DNA of 64,000 nucleotides from Spirochaetia bacterium (lineage in GTDB: Bacteria > Spirochaetota > Spirochaetia > SZUA-6 > Bin103): positions 128,001 to 192,000 of the forward strand of contig CBDATQ010000002.1 in NCBI GenBank assembly GCA_965199955.1, read 5' to 3'. Of this stretch, positions 11,201 to 20,754 are shown piece after piece; position 1 is the stretch's first letter; each line of letters opens with the position of its first letter. The position numbers and the translations under genes were made by a program. Under the pieces are notes generated by a model that ran no database searches, was not told the DNA's origin, and worked only from the letters and a program-made list of their open reading frames with translations.

Positions 11201-12323
11201 AGGGATCCGCAGCGTCCCGCAGGCCGTCGCCCAGGAAGTTGAAGGCCAGCACCGCGACCACCACGGCAGCGCCGGGCAGCAGCAGCCACGGCATCAGGGC
11301 CACCGCCTGGATGTTCTGCGCCTCCTTGAGCAGCACGCCCCAACTGATGGCTGGCGACCGCAGGCCGATCCCCAGGAAGCTGAGCGCCGTCTCGCCCAGG
11401 ATCATGCCCGGGATCGCCAGCGTCGCCGAGGCGATGATGTGGCTGAGAAATGACGGGATCAGGTGGCGGAACATGACGCGCGGGCCGCGGGCGCCGTCGA
11501 TGCGGGCGGCCAGCACGAAGTCCTCGTCGCGCAGCGACAGCAGCTTGCCGCGCACCACCCGCGCCATGCCGGTCCAGCCGGTGAGGGAGAGGATGACCGT
11601 AATCAGGAAGAAGGTGCGCGTCTGCGGCCAGTCGTGGGGAATTGCGGCGCTCAGCGCCATCCACAGCGGCAGCGACGGGATCGCGATGAGGACCTCGATG
11701 ATGCGCTGGATCACCATGTCGGCCAGGCCGCCGAAGTAGCCGGATATCGCGCCGAGCGCGATGCCGAGCCCGAAGCTGAGGGCTACCCCGACGAAGCCGA
11801 TGGTGAGCGAGATGCGGGTCCCGTAGATGATCCGTGACAGCAGATCCCGGCCCTGCGTGTCGGTGCCGAGCAGCGTGCCGCGTTCATCGCCGTCGAAGCC
11901 GAACAGGTGCACGCGTGCCGGGATGAATCCGAGCAGGAGATACTCGTCCCCCCGCACCAGCAGGCGCAACGGTAGCCGGGTACTCGGGTCCGCAACGTAG
12001 ATGCGCTGCAGCGTGACCGGATCGCGGCGCAGGGCGGTGGCGTACACGAAGGGCCGCGCGTGCAGCCGCCGCTCCTCCACGTCCCACACGCGGAGCCGCA
12101 TGGGCGGCGCCGAAATGTGGGAGGTGTCGCGCAGGCGCGGGTCATACGGTGCGACGAACTCGGCGAACGTGGCCGCGAGGTAGAGCAGCAGCACGACGAT
12201 CCCGGCCGCCACGGCCATGCGGTGGCGCAGGAACCGGAGCAGGATCAGGCGCCACTGCCCGGCCGTGAGCAGATCGTCCGTGGTCTCCACCCCGTGCGCG
12301 GGCGCGACCGCCTCCGTCGCCAT
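11193..12323 (-). CDS. ABC transporter permease (OppC-like)
   Basis: LGTDTQGRD, EAA-like loop FVLAARIDG, GDGLRDAADP. Confidence 0.95.
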   Translation of the reverse strand: MATEAVAPAHGVETTDDLLTAGQWRLILLRFLRHRMAVAAGIVVLLLYLAATFAEFVAPYDPRLRDTSHISAPPMRLRVWDVEERRLHARPFVYATALRRDPVTLQRIYVADPSTRLPLRLLVRGDEYLLLGFIPARVHLFGFDGDERGTLLGTDTQGRDLLSRIIYGTRISLTIGFVGVALSFGLGIALGAISGYFGGLADMVIQRIIEVLIAIPSLPLWMALSAAIPHDWPQTRTFFLITVILSLTGWTGMARVVRGKLLSLRDEDFVLAARIDGARGPRVMFRHLIPSFLSHIIASATLAIPGMILGETALSFLGIGLRSPAISWGVLLKEAQNIQAVALMPWLLLPGAAVVVAVLAFNFLGDGLRDAADPYA

Positions 12324-13306
12324 CAGTCGAACCGGATGCGCGGGTCGATCGCGGCCAGCAGCAGGTCGGACACGAGGGTTCCGACCACCGTGAAGACCGA
12401 GATCAGCATGACGAACGACGCTGCAAGCTGCATGTCCTGCCGCTGCAGCGCGGAGAGAAACATCGGACCGCCCGTCGGGATGCCCAGCACGACGGCCGTG
12501 ATCGTCTCTCCGGCTACCAGCGTCGGCAGCATCCAGCCGACCGTGGAGAAGAACGGATTGAGGGCGATGCGCACCGGGTAGCGCAGGATCGCGCGCACTT
12601 CGCTGATGCCCTTGGCGCGCGCCATGTCCACGTAGGGCTTGCGCAGCTCATCGATCAGGTTGGCGCGCAGGATGCGGATCGTGCCGGCGGTGCCGGCGGT
12701 ACCGATCACGATCACGGGAATCCACAGGTGCCCGAGCAGGTCCCAGAACTTGCCCCAGCTCCACGCGGCGGTCTGGTACTCGCGGGAGAACAGCCCGCCG
12801 ATCTCGACCCCCGGAAAGATCTTGGGGCTCAGGTACATCAGGATGAGCGCCAGCAGGAAATTGGGGATCGCCAGGCCGAGGAAGCCGATGAAGGTCCAGA
12901 AGATGTCCCAGAACGAGTACTGCCGCACGGCCGAGAGCACCCCGATCGGGAACGAGACCGCCCACGTGAACAGCAGCGAGAGCGTCGAAAGGAGCGCCGT
13001 CATGGCGAAGCGCCCGCCGATCAGCTCCCGTACCGGCTTGTGCCAGGACAGGGAGTACCCGAAGTCGCCCTGGACGAAGTTGGTGATCCAGCGGAAGTAG
13101 CGCACGGTGATCGGGCGGTCCAGGCCGTAGCGCTTGCGCAGGTTCTCCACCTCCTCGTCGGAGAACGTGCCCTGCTCGACCATGATCTGGATCTGGTAGC
13201 TGACGTAGTCGCCCGGCGGCAACTCGATCACGACGTAGGCGATGAGCGAGATCGCCGCCAGCGTGATCACCATGATCAGGGCGCGGCGGACCACGTACTC
13301 AGCCAC
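12323..13306 (-). CDS. ABC transporter permease (OppB-like)
   Basis: LPPGD, YGLDRP, YVDMARAKG, DPRIR. Confidence 0.95.
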   Translation of the reverse strand: MAEYVVRRALIMVITLAAISLIAYVVIELPPGDYVSYQIQIMVEQGTFSDEEVENLRKRYGLDRPITVRYFRWITNFVQGDFGYSLSWHKPVRELIGGRFAMTALLSTLSLLFTWAVSFPIGVLSAVRQYSFWDIFWTFIGFLGLAIPNFLLALILMYLSPKIFPGVEIGGLFSREYQTAAWSWGKFWDLLGHLWIPVIVIGTAGTAGTIRILRANLIDELRKPYVDMARAKGISEVRAILRYPVRIALNPFFSTVGWMLPTLVAGETITAVVLGIPTGGPMFLSALQRQDMQLAASFVMLISVFTVVGTLVSDLLLAAIDPRIRFD

Positions 13307-13364
13307 GGGTACTCCTTATCCGGACGGCGAAAGGACGTCGAGCGCGCGTCGCATCCCGGCACGC

Positions 13365-13400
13365 CGCATTCCCGGCAGGGTCACCCACACCGGGAATGCG
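13365..13400 (-). terminator. Intergenic hairpin after SBP gene (mRNA stabiliser/partial terminator)
   Basis: CGCATTCCCGG-N14-CCGGGAATGCG, perfect 11-bp stem. Confidence 0.55.
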
Positions 13401-13430
13401 TCATGCGTCTCGGTTCGTACTGTCAGCCCG

Positions 13431-15374
13431 TTATTGAGCCTTCCAGAATGCGTCCCGCCGGCCGTGATCGCCGCGGAACATCGGCTGCCGCCCGCCCGGA
13501 ATGCCGCGCATCTCCGGCGTCACCATGATCACGAAGCCGGGATGGCGCACGGTGCCGATGCTCCAGAGGTTCTGACGCGAGATCTCCAGGACGTGGCCGA
13601 ACAGTTCCTTGCGCTCGTCCAGATCGAGCGTCGCCTGGGCGCGCAGATAGTAGTCGAGTGCTTCCTGCACGATCGCGTTCGGCTTCTCGCCCTGCTCGCC
13701 GCCGGACATCGTGTAGTCGCGGTACTTCGGCGTCCAGAAGTTGAGCGGCTGGTTCGGCACGAAGTGGGCGGCCTGGTCGTTCACCAGGAGACCCTCGTTG
13801 GTGCCCCAGCTCTCCCAGATCAGCACGCCGTCGTAGTCGCCGGCGTTGCGCGCCTGGGTCAGCACGCCCCAGTCGACGAAGCGCACGGTCAGCTCGACAC
13901 CGATCTCCTTGAGCCCGTCGGTGATGATCTCGGCGTGCGTCGGCAGCCCGCCGGTATCGAACGACAGGAAGGTGAGCGCCATCGGTTCCCCGTTCGGGAA
14001 CGTCCGCACCCCGGCGTCATTGCGCGCGTGTCCCAGCTCGTCGAGGATGCTGTTGGCAAGCTCGACATCGTGCTCCGTCGCCTCGTTCTGAACCGCCTCG
14101 CTGAAGTACGGGCTGGACGGCAGCGGCGCGACCTGAGACGGATAGCTGAGCCCCTCGTAGAGGATCTGGTTGATGAGCTCGCGGTCGATCGCGTGCGAGA
14201 TCGCGCGCTTGAACTGCGGGTTCCAGAAGACCTCCCGCATCACCGGATCCGGGTGGTTCAGGTTGAAGTCCAACTGGGACGCGACGAGCGCGGGGTTGTC
14301 CTGGACGTAGACCCGGACGATGCCGTCCTGCTCGGCTTTCTTCGCCAGCGTGTAGACGTCGATGTCCAGGAACGAGTAGTCGACTTCCCCGTTCAGGGCC
14401 TTCAGCTTGACGACTTCCTGATCGCCGAGGACGGACGTGCGGCGATCCTCGAAGTACGGAAGCTGCTTGCCTTCGGTATCGACCACCCAGAAGTAGGGGT
14501 TGCGCGTCCAGATCACCGGGTCGGCCGGCGGCGCATCGGTGAGCTCCCAGGGCTCCAGCGTGGGCTTTTCCACGTTGCCGTACTCGTTGTAGTCGGCGCG
14601 GTCCAGGAAGAACTGAGTCCACGACTCGAACCCGGACTTCTTCACCATGTCGGCCAGATCCGACTCGCTGGCATACGCGGCATGAAACTGCTCGAGGTAG
14701 TGGCGGGGGAAGCGCGTGATGGGGTTGAACCCGCCGCCCCTGGCGACGAAATCCGCGGGGCCACCGAAGTCGAACTGAACGGTGTAGTCATCGATCGCCG
14801 TGATGGCAACCCCCCGGTACTGCGGCCGAAGCCGCGGGGTTATGTCCTCGTTGAGGATGACGTCGTCCCACCAGAAGGTGAAGTCGGCGGTGGTGAACGG
14901 CGTTCCGTCAGACCAGCGCAACCCTTCGCGCAGCCTCAGTTCCCAGACCGACGAGGTGTCGTCGACGGCTGTGTAGCTCTTCGCCACGTTGGGATACGGG
15001 TCGGCCGTGAAGCTGTGCTTGTTCAGGATGATGGCCGTCTCGTCGCGCAGCGCCGTCGCCAGACCGACGTCGTAGGTGGCGTTGAAGAAGGTGCCGCCAT
15101 AGAGTCCGGGCCCGTCGACGCCCAGGACCACCAGGGGCTCGATGGGAAGGCGGTCTTCGACCGGCGGCAGGTCGCCGGAGGCGACCGCGGCGTCCAGCGT
15201 CGGGGACTGGCTGAAGGCGGGGAGGCTCGCGCCGGTGTCGGCCGTGTACGCCGACGGTGTGGCCCACACCTCGTGCAGTGTCATCTCGCCGGCGCTCATA
15301 CCCGTCTGGGCCGCCAAACCTCCATTCACGAACAACGCGATCACGGGAATCGCACCGAGCCTGAGCCACTTCAT
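13431..15374 (-). CDS. Family-5 ABC substrate-binding protein
   Basis: Signal peptide; LPPVEDRLP, LREGLRWSDGTPFT, RNPYFWVVDTEGKQLPY. Confidence 0.92.
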   Translation of the reverse strand: MKWLRLGAIPVIALFVNGGLAAQTGMSAGEMTLHEVWATPSAYTADTGASLPAFSQSPTLDAAVASGDLPPVEDRLPIEPLVVLGVDGPGLYGGTFFNATYDVGLATALRDETAIILNKHSFTADPYPNVAKSYTAVDDTSSVWELRLREGLRWSDGTPFTTADFTFWWDDVILNEDITPRLRPQYRGVAITAIDDYTVQFDFGGPADFVARGGGFNPITRFPRHYLEQFHAAYASESDLADMVKKSGFESWTQFFLDRADYNEYGNVEKPTLEPWELTDAPPADPVIWTRNPYFWVVDTEGKQLPYFEDRRTSVLGDQEVVKLKALNGEVDYSFLDIDVYTLAKKAEQDGIVRVYVQDNPALVASQLDFNLNHPDPVMREVFWNPQFKRAISHAIDRELINQILYEGLSYPSQVAPLPSSPYFSEAVQNEATEHDVELANSILDELGHARNDAGVRTFPNGEPMALTFLSFDTGGLPTHAEIITDGLKEIGVELTVRFVDWGVLTQARNAGDYDGVLIWESWGTNEGLLVNDQAAHFVPNQPLNFWTPKYRDYTMSGGEQGEKPNAIVQEALDYYLRAQATLDLDERKELFGHVLEISRQNLWSIGTVRHPGFVIMVTPEMRGIPGGRQPMFRGDHGRRDAFWKAQ

Positions 15375-15440
15375 GGAATCCTCCTGGACTGCGGAAATAT
15401 GTCGCGGCTCACCATGCCACTTCGCGGGCTGGGCCGCAAA

Positions 15441-17177
15441 TCAGAGAGGGTCCTGCGTCACCGCACGGTAGAACCACTGGACAGGCAGGGCCGTGAGGCG
15501 CAGGTCGATGTAGCCGGGCTCGACCTCGAAGCGCCGCACCCCATCCAGCTCGGGGGCGTGGCTGTAGGTGAGCAGCACGTGCTCGCCGTGGAAGGTGATG
15601 CTGGTATAGCAGTAGCCGTGGTGACGGGACCGCTCCACCAGCTTCAGCGGTCGCCAGCTGCCGCCCGCGTCGCTCGACAGCGCCGAAACAAGCGGGGTGC
15701 GGCCTGAGAGACCGTACGTCCACAGACAGAGCACATCGTTGCTGCCGGGCACGCGCTGCATCGCCGCCGGGGAGCACGCGCCGCGCAGCGGTGACAGGAA
15801 GGGCCGCGACCAGCTCTGCCCGCGGTCGTCGGAGTAGGAGAAGAACTGACCGCCCGACACCGAGCGCATGGTCATCAGCAGGCGGCCGTCGGCGAGCTGC
15901 GCGACGCTCGGCTCGTTGACGTTCTGGGCCAGCCGCTCGCGCTCGGGAAGTCCGGGGTCGGGCACGTGCGCGCCGGGGTGCCAGGTGCTGCCGCCGTCGT
16001 CGGAGAGCAGGCAGTACGGCCAGCGCACCCCGTCCACATACTCCCGCGAGGCGAGCAGGATGCGGCCGTCCGCCAGTCGCCTGAGGCTGGCGTTGTTGGC
16101 CGAGTGCCGGCTGCCGTTGGCTGGCGTGATCGCCGCGGCGTCGCTCCATCTGTGTCCGCCGTCGCCGGAGCGGCGCGCGACCATGCCCTTCACGGGCATG
16201 TCCGGCAGATGATCGCAGTAGACGAGCAGCAGCTCGTCGCCGAGGTTCAGCAGGCTGGCGGACATGACGTTGGTGCCGTGCTCGTCCTCCACCACCGTCC
16301 ATTTGCTGCTCCACGTGCGCCCGCCGTCGGTCGACCGGCGCGCGCTCAGCCGGGCCGGCGATTCGTCCCAGCCCTTGCCGGCATGGTAGTCGCTCCAGAC
16401 CAGCAGCAGGGAACCGTCGGACAGCACGACCAGGTCGCCCTCGCTGTGGCGCGGATGTTCGGGCGTCGCCTCGTTGACCATGAAGCACCACCCGTCGTCC
16501 GTCGCGCGCAGGTCCTCCGGACCGTCGGGCAGGGGTGAGTCGGCGCTCGGGTAGGGCACCTCCTCGATCACGACTTCCCGGTAGACGGTCTCGACGGGCG
16601 GGCCGTCCGCGGCGGCCCCGCTGCCGAACGTGACCATGAACGGCTCGGCGCAGGCGTCGTGCTCGACCTCGACGGTCGCGCCGCCCGGAGCCGTCACCCG
16701 CAGCGCGGCCGGCCGCGCCTCGACGTGCACGGTGTGCTTGTCGCCGAGCGGGCCGCGGAGCGTACGGTGAATCTGCCTGCCGCGGTGCTGCGCCCGCACG
16801 TGCCAGTCGACCCGGTCAGGATGCGGCTCGGCCCAGATCTCCCATGGTCCCGGGCGGGGCATCACCAGCGCGGGCCGCCCGCGTTCTCCGCCCGGCGCAG
16901 GCAGCTCGACGGTCCAGCTCACGTACGCCGGCAGCTCGTTCGGGCGGTAGCGGTACGGCTGACCCTCGAACCCCGGCGCGAAGAACGCGTGCGGCGCGGC
17001 CGCGGATGCGCGGGTTCGCAGCAGCAGGCCCGGCAGCTCGCAGTGGTCGCGCGGCTCGAAGTAGCCGTAGGTCCAGTAGTTCGCCACGGCGAAGGCGCAG
17101 CGCACGCCCTGGAACAGCCCGGTGCCGGCCGTGTGTTCGTCGAGGACGGCGACGCGCCACGCCTCGGCATCGCTCAT
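15441..17177 (-). CDS. Asp-box (BNR) sialidase-like protein with extra N-terminal domain
   Basis: Asp boxes STDGGRTW, SGDGGHRW, SDDGGSTW, SDDRGQSW, SSDAGGSW in the C-terminal ~340 aa. Confidence 0.8.
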   Translation of the reverse strand: MSDAEAWRVAVLDEHTAGTGLFQGVRCAFAVANYWTYGYFEPRDHCELPGLLLRTRASAAAPHAFFAPGFEGQPYRYRPNELPAYVSWTVELPAPGGERGRPALVMPRPGPWEIWAEPHPDRVDWHVRAQHRGRQIHRTLRGPLGDKHTVHVEARPAALRVTAPGGATVEVEHDACAEPFMVTFGSGAAADGPPVETVYREVVIEEVPYPSADSPLPDGPEDLRATDDGWCFMVNEATPEHPRHSEGDLVVLSDGSLLLVWSDYHAGKGWDESPARLSARRSTDGGRTWSSKWTVVEDEHGTNVMSASLLNLGDELLLVYCDHLPDMPVKGMVARRSGDGGHRWSDAAAITPANGSRHSANNASLRRLADGRILLASREYVDGVRWPYCLLSDDGGSTWHPGAHVPDPGLPERERLAQNVNEPSVAQLADGRLLMTMRSVSGGQFFSYSDDRGQSWSRPFLSPLRGACSPAAMQRVPGSNDVLCLWTYGLSGRTPLVSALSSDAGGSWRPLKLVERSRHHGYCYTSITFHGEHVLLTYSHAPELDGVRRFEVEPGYIDLRLTALPVQWFYRAVTQDPL

Positions 17178-17227
17178 GACTTGTCCACCATGATGTCTTC
17201 ATTGTAGTCCGAACGGAGACGACTGAG

Positions 17228-19396
17228 ATGAACGACACGACCACCGCGGATGGGCTGGCGCTGTACCTGTCGCCCGACGGCAACGACAACTGGAGCGGGC
17301 GCCTGCCGGAGCCGGACCCGGCGGGCAACGACGGCCCGCTGGCGACGCTCGAATGGGCACGGGAGATGGTGCGGCGTTTGCGCGAGAGCGGGGATGCACA
17401 CGGCCCCATCACTGTCTGGGTGCGCGGCGGCCGCTACCACCTGGGCCAGCCGGTGTGGTTCAACGGGCGCGACTCCGGTCCGACGACCTACCGCGCCTGT
17501 CCCGGCGAGACTGCGACGTTCACGGGCGGCCGCCGCGTGACCGGGTGGCGCGTGACCACGGCGGCCGAGGTCGGCATAGCGACGGCCGACGCCGCCGCGA
17601 GCGAACGCGAGGTCTGGGTGGCCGATCTCGACGCGGTCGCGGCCGGCTCCTGGCATTTCCGGCAGCTCTTCGTGAACGGCGAGCGGCGCCCCCGCGCGCG
17701 CCTGCCCAGGAAGGGCTACTTCTGGATCGAGGACGTTCCCGGCTTCGGCCTGCGGGCGAGTCAGAACGACGAGTTCATCCACGGCCACGACCGCTTCGTG
17801 GCCCGGGAGGGGGACGTGGCCCGGTGGCGCAATCTGAGCGACGTCGACGTGGTCGTCCACCACTACTGGGTGGAGGAGCGGCTGCCGATCGCGAGCTTCG
17901 ACGAGCACACGCGGGTGGTGACCAGCAGCCGGCGAAGCATCTTCGTGCTGCGCGACGACGTGGGACAGCGGTATGCCAAGTACTACGTCGAGAACGTCTT
18001 CGAGGCGCTGTCGGAGCCGGGGGAGTGGTACCTGGACCGGTCGCGCGGCCGGCTGTTCTACCTGCCGCTGCCGGGCGAGTCCCCGGACGGCGCGGAGGTC
18101 TACGCGCCCGCGTGCGAGCAGCTTCTGCTGCTGCGCGGCATGCCCGAGCGCCCGGTCGAGGGAGTGCAGTTCGTGGACCTGACCTTCGAGTGCTGCGACT
18201 GGAGCCAGCCCGGCCCCGGATCGCTGGAGGGCTTCGAGATCGGTGACCACATGAACCCTGGCGACAGCTACGGCGCGACCGCGCAGGCGGCGTGCAACCT
18301 GGCCGGCGTCATCGACCTGCAGTACGCGCGGGGCTGCGGGTTGGAAGGCTGCACGCTCCGGAACCTGGGGCTGTATGGGGTCGTGCTCCGCAACGGGTGC
18401 CACGACATCCACATCGTCGGCAACGAGATCGCCGACCTCGGCGCCGGCGGGGTGCGCATCAACGGCGGGAACGCCGATTCCGCCTCGCGTGACCGCACCG
18501 GCCGCAACGTCATCACCGACAACACCATCCGTGCGGGCGGGCGCGTGTTCCCGAGCGCGGTCGGCATCCTGATCATGCACAGCTTCGACAACGTGGTCGC
18601 CCACAACCACATCCACGACCTGTACTACTCAGGCATCTCCTGCGGCTGGATCTGGGGCTACGGCGACACCGTCGCGAAAGGCAACCGCATCGAGCGCAAC
18701 CACATCCACGACCTGGGCCACGGCGTGCTCAGCGACATGGGCGGCATCTACACGCTCGGCGTCCAGCCGGGCACCGTCCTGCGCGGGAACCTCGTCCACG
18801 ACATTCGCCAGGCCAACTACGGCGGCTGGTGCATCTACCTGGACGAGGGCAGCTCGCATCTCCTGGTAGAGAACAACGTCTGCTACAACGCCGGGACGCA
18901 GGTCTTCAATCAGCACTACGGCCGCGAGAACATCGTGCGCAACAACGTCTTCGCCCGCGGCGGCCACAGCGTGATCTCGCTGGGGCGCGTCGAGGACCAC
19001 ACGACCTTCACGCTGGAGCAGAACCTGCTGCTGACCGCCGAGCGGCCGGTGTTCGCCCAGCGGCCGCGGGGAATCACCGGCGCGCGGGGGTTTCGGAGCA
19101 ACCTCAACCTGCTCTGGGACGTGGCCGCCGCCGCCGCGGGGCGCGGCGGTGAGCCGATCGTGGCCGCCGTCGGCACCTACGACGCGGACGCCAACTGGGT
19201 GGAGCGGAGTCGCGACGAGCTGAACGAGTGGCGGGCCGGCGGCAACGACACGCACAGCATCGTCGCCGACCCGCTCTGCGCCGGCCTGGAGCAGAACGAT
19301 TTCAGTCTGCTGCCGGGCTCGCCGGCGCTGGCGCTCGGGTTCCGGCCCATCGACCTCGCCGACGTCGGACCCCGACCGATCGAGCAGCGCCGGTAG
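17228..19396 (+). CDS. Right-handed parallel beta-helix glycoside hydrolase-like protein (GH141-like)
   Basis: YLSPDGNDNWSG, GPLATLE, QLFVNGER, PGEWYLD, LSDMGGIY, IYLDEGSS. Confidence 0.8.
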   Translation: MNDTTTADGLALYLSPDGNDNWSGRLPEPDPAGNDGPLATLEWAREMVRRLRESGDAHGPITVWVRGGRYHLGQPVWFNGRDSGPTTYRACPGETATFTGGRRVTGWRVTTAAEVGIATADAAASEREVWVADLDAVAAGSWHFRQLFVNGERRPRARLPRKGYFWIEDVPGFGLRASQNDEFIHGHDRFVAREGDVARWRNLSDVDVVVHHYWVEERLPIASFDEHTRVVTSSRRSIFVLRDDVGQRYAKYYVENVFEALSEPGEWYLDRSRGRLFYLPLPGESPDGAEVYAPACEQLLLLRGMPERPVEGVQFVDLTFECCDWSQPGPGSLEGFEIGDHMNPGDSYGATAQAACNLAGVIDLQYARGCGLEGCTLRNLGLYGVVLRNGCHDIHIVGNEIADLGAGGVRINGGNADSASRDRTGRNVITDNTIRAGGRVFPSAVGILIMHSFDNVVAHNHIHDLYYSGISCGWIWGYGDTVAKGNRIERNHIHDLGHGVLSDMGGIYTLGVQPGTVLRGNLVHDIRQANYGGWCIYLDEGSSHLLVENNVCYNAGTQVFNQHYGRENIVRNNVFARGGHSVISLGRVEDHTTFTLEQNLLLTAERPVFAQRPRGITGARGFRSNLNLLWDVAAAAAGRGGEPIVAAVGTYDADANWVERSRDELNEWRAGGNDTHSIVADPLCAGLEQNDFSLLPGSPALALGFRPIDLADVGPRPIEQRR

Positions 19397-19431
19397 ACGG
19401 TCCAATCCGGGCGCGTCGATAATCCGGCTCC

Positions 19432-20754
19432 ATGATTCGCTCGATCGTCTCCCGCAACGACGACATCTACGAGTGCTTTCCCGACCTGGCGCAATGCGAG
19501 GACGGCACGCTGGTGTGCGTGTACCGGGAGTGCATGTTCCATGCGCCGTTTCCGTTCTCGCGGATCATCTGCAGGCTGAGCCGCGACGGCGGCATGAGCT
19601 GGCTGCCCCGCAGCATCATCGACGAGTGCGTGGTCTCGCCGGAGCTGTTCGAGGAGTCGCGCTCGTGGCTGAGCGAGGCGGCGATCGCCGGCTACGAGGA
19701 GTCGCGGGTGCGCATCACCGATCAGACGCGGGTGGGCGCGTCGATGAACTGCCCGCGGCTCATCCGCCTGCATGACGGGCAGCTCCTGCTGGTCGTGGAC
19801 TACCGGTTCGGCGCGCCGCGGGGCGAGCACCGCTGGGTCAACCTGTTCTACCGCAGCACCGACGGTGGGGTGAGCTGGCAGGGACCGGAAGGGCCGGGCA
19901 TTCACGGTCCGGTCGTGCCGTCGCTCACCCAGTTGCGCGACGGCCGCGTGGTATTCGGCGGCGCCGAGGTGACCGGCACCGCGGGCGACCAGAAGGTGGA
20001 GACCCAGTACGTCTACTTCTCGGAAGACCAGGGCAGCAGTTGGTCGGAGCCGGTGGCGATTCCGGGCCTGCCGCCCGGCGAGCAGCGCATCATGCCCGGG
20101 TACCGGCAGTGGCTGGGCTTCGGGGAGGGCGCCTTCCAGGAGCTGGATGACGGTACCATCCTCGGCATCCTGCGCGCCGACAGTCTCGGTCAGGGCTACA
20201 AGGTCCTCTCCCACGACGGTGGCCGGACGTGGCAGGGGCCGTTCGCGACGCCCATGATCGGCCTGGAGGGCCGGCCCGGTCTGGGCCTGCTGTCGTCCGG
20301 GGAGGTCGCCGTGACCTATCGCATCGGCCTGCCGAACGAGATGCTGGCGCTGCACCTCATGACGCAGGAGGCGGCGCTCAGGGAGGACGTGCAGCCGATG
20401 GTGGAGCGCAGGCCGATGCCCGAGGACCGCGCGGGCGTGCACGACCCGAGCGAGCCGTGGTACATGCGCGAGTACTACCCGGGATTCACGGTCATCCTCG
20501 ACCAGGACCGCAGCGTGCACCGCGACTGCGGGTACTCCGGCTGGGTCGAGCTCGCCAACGGCGACCTGTACGTGGTCGACTACTGCCACGACGACGCGCC
20601 GCGCGCCCACATCCGCAGCTACCGGGTGCAGCGCGAGGACATCATCATGTTTCCGCCCGGCGACCTGCCGTGGCTGCACCCGTCCGGCCAGCCGTTCCTG
20701 GACATGACCCGGGGCATGGCCGAGCGGCAGCACCGGCAGAACACGCCGTCGTGA
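19432..20754 (+). CDS. Asp-box (BNR) sialidase-like protein
   Basis: YECFPDL, SRDGGMSW, STDGGVSW, SEDQGSSW, SHDGGRTW, DCGYSGW. Confidence 0.8.
   Translation: MIRSIVSRNDDIYECFPDLAQCEDGTLVCVYRECMFHAPFPFSRIICRLSRDGGMSWLPRSIIDECVVSPELFEESRSWLSEAAIAGYEESRVRITDQTRVGASMNCPRLIRLHDGQLLLVVDYRFGAPRGEHRWVNLFYRSTDGGVSWQGPEGPGIHGPVVPSLTQLRDGRVVFGGAEVTGTAGDQKVETQYVYFSEDQGSSWSEPVAIPGLPPGEQRIMPGYRQWLGFGEGAFQELDDGTILGILRADSLGQGYKVLSHDGGRTWQGPFATPMIGLEGRPGLGLLSSGEVAVTYRIGLPNEMLALHLMTQEAALREDVQPMVERRPMPEDRAGVHDPSEPWYMREYYPGFTVILDQDRSVHRDCGYSGWVELANGDLYVVDYCHDDAPRAHIRSYRVQREDIIMFPPGDLPWLHPSGQPFLDMTRGMAERQHRQNTPS

Noticed and set aside
13242..15707. 821-aa plus-strand ORF
   Set aside because: Antisense shadow of the SBP gene
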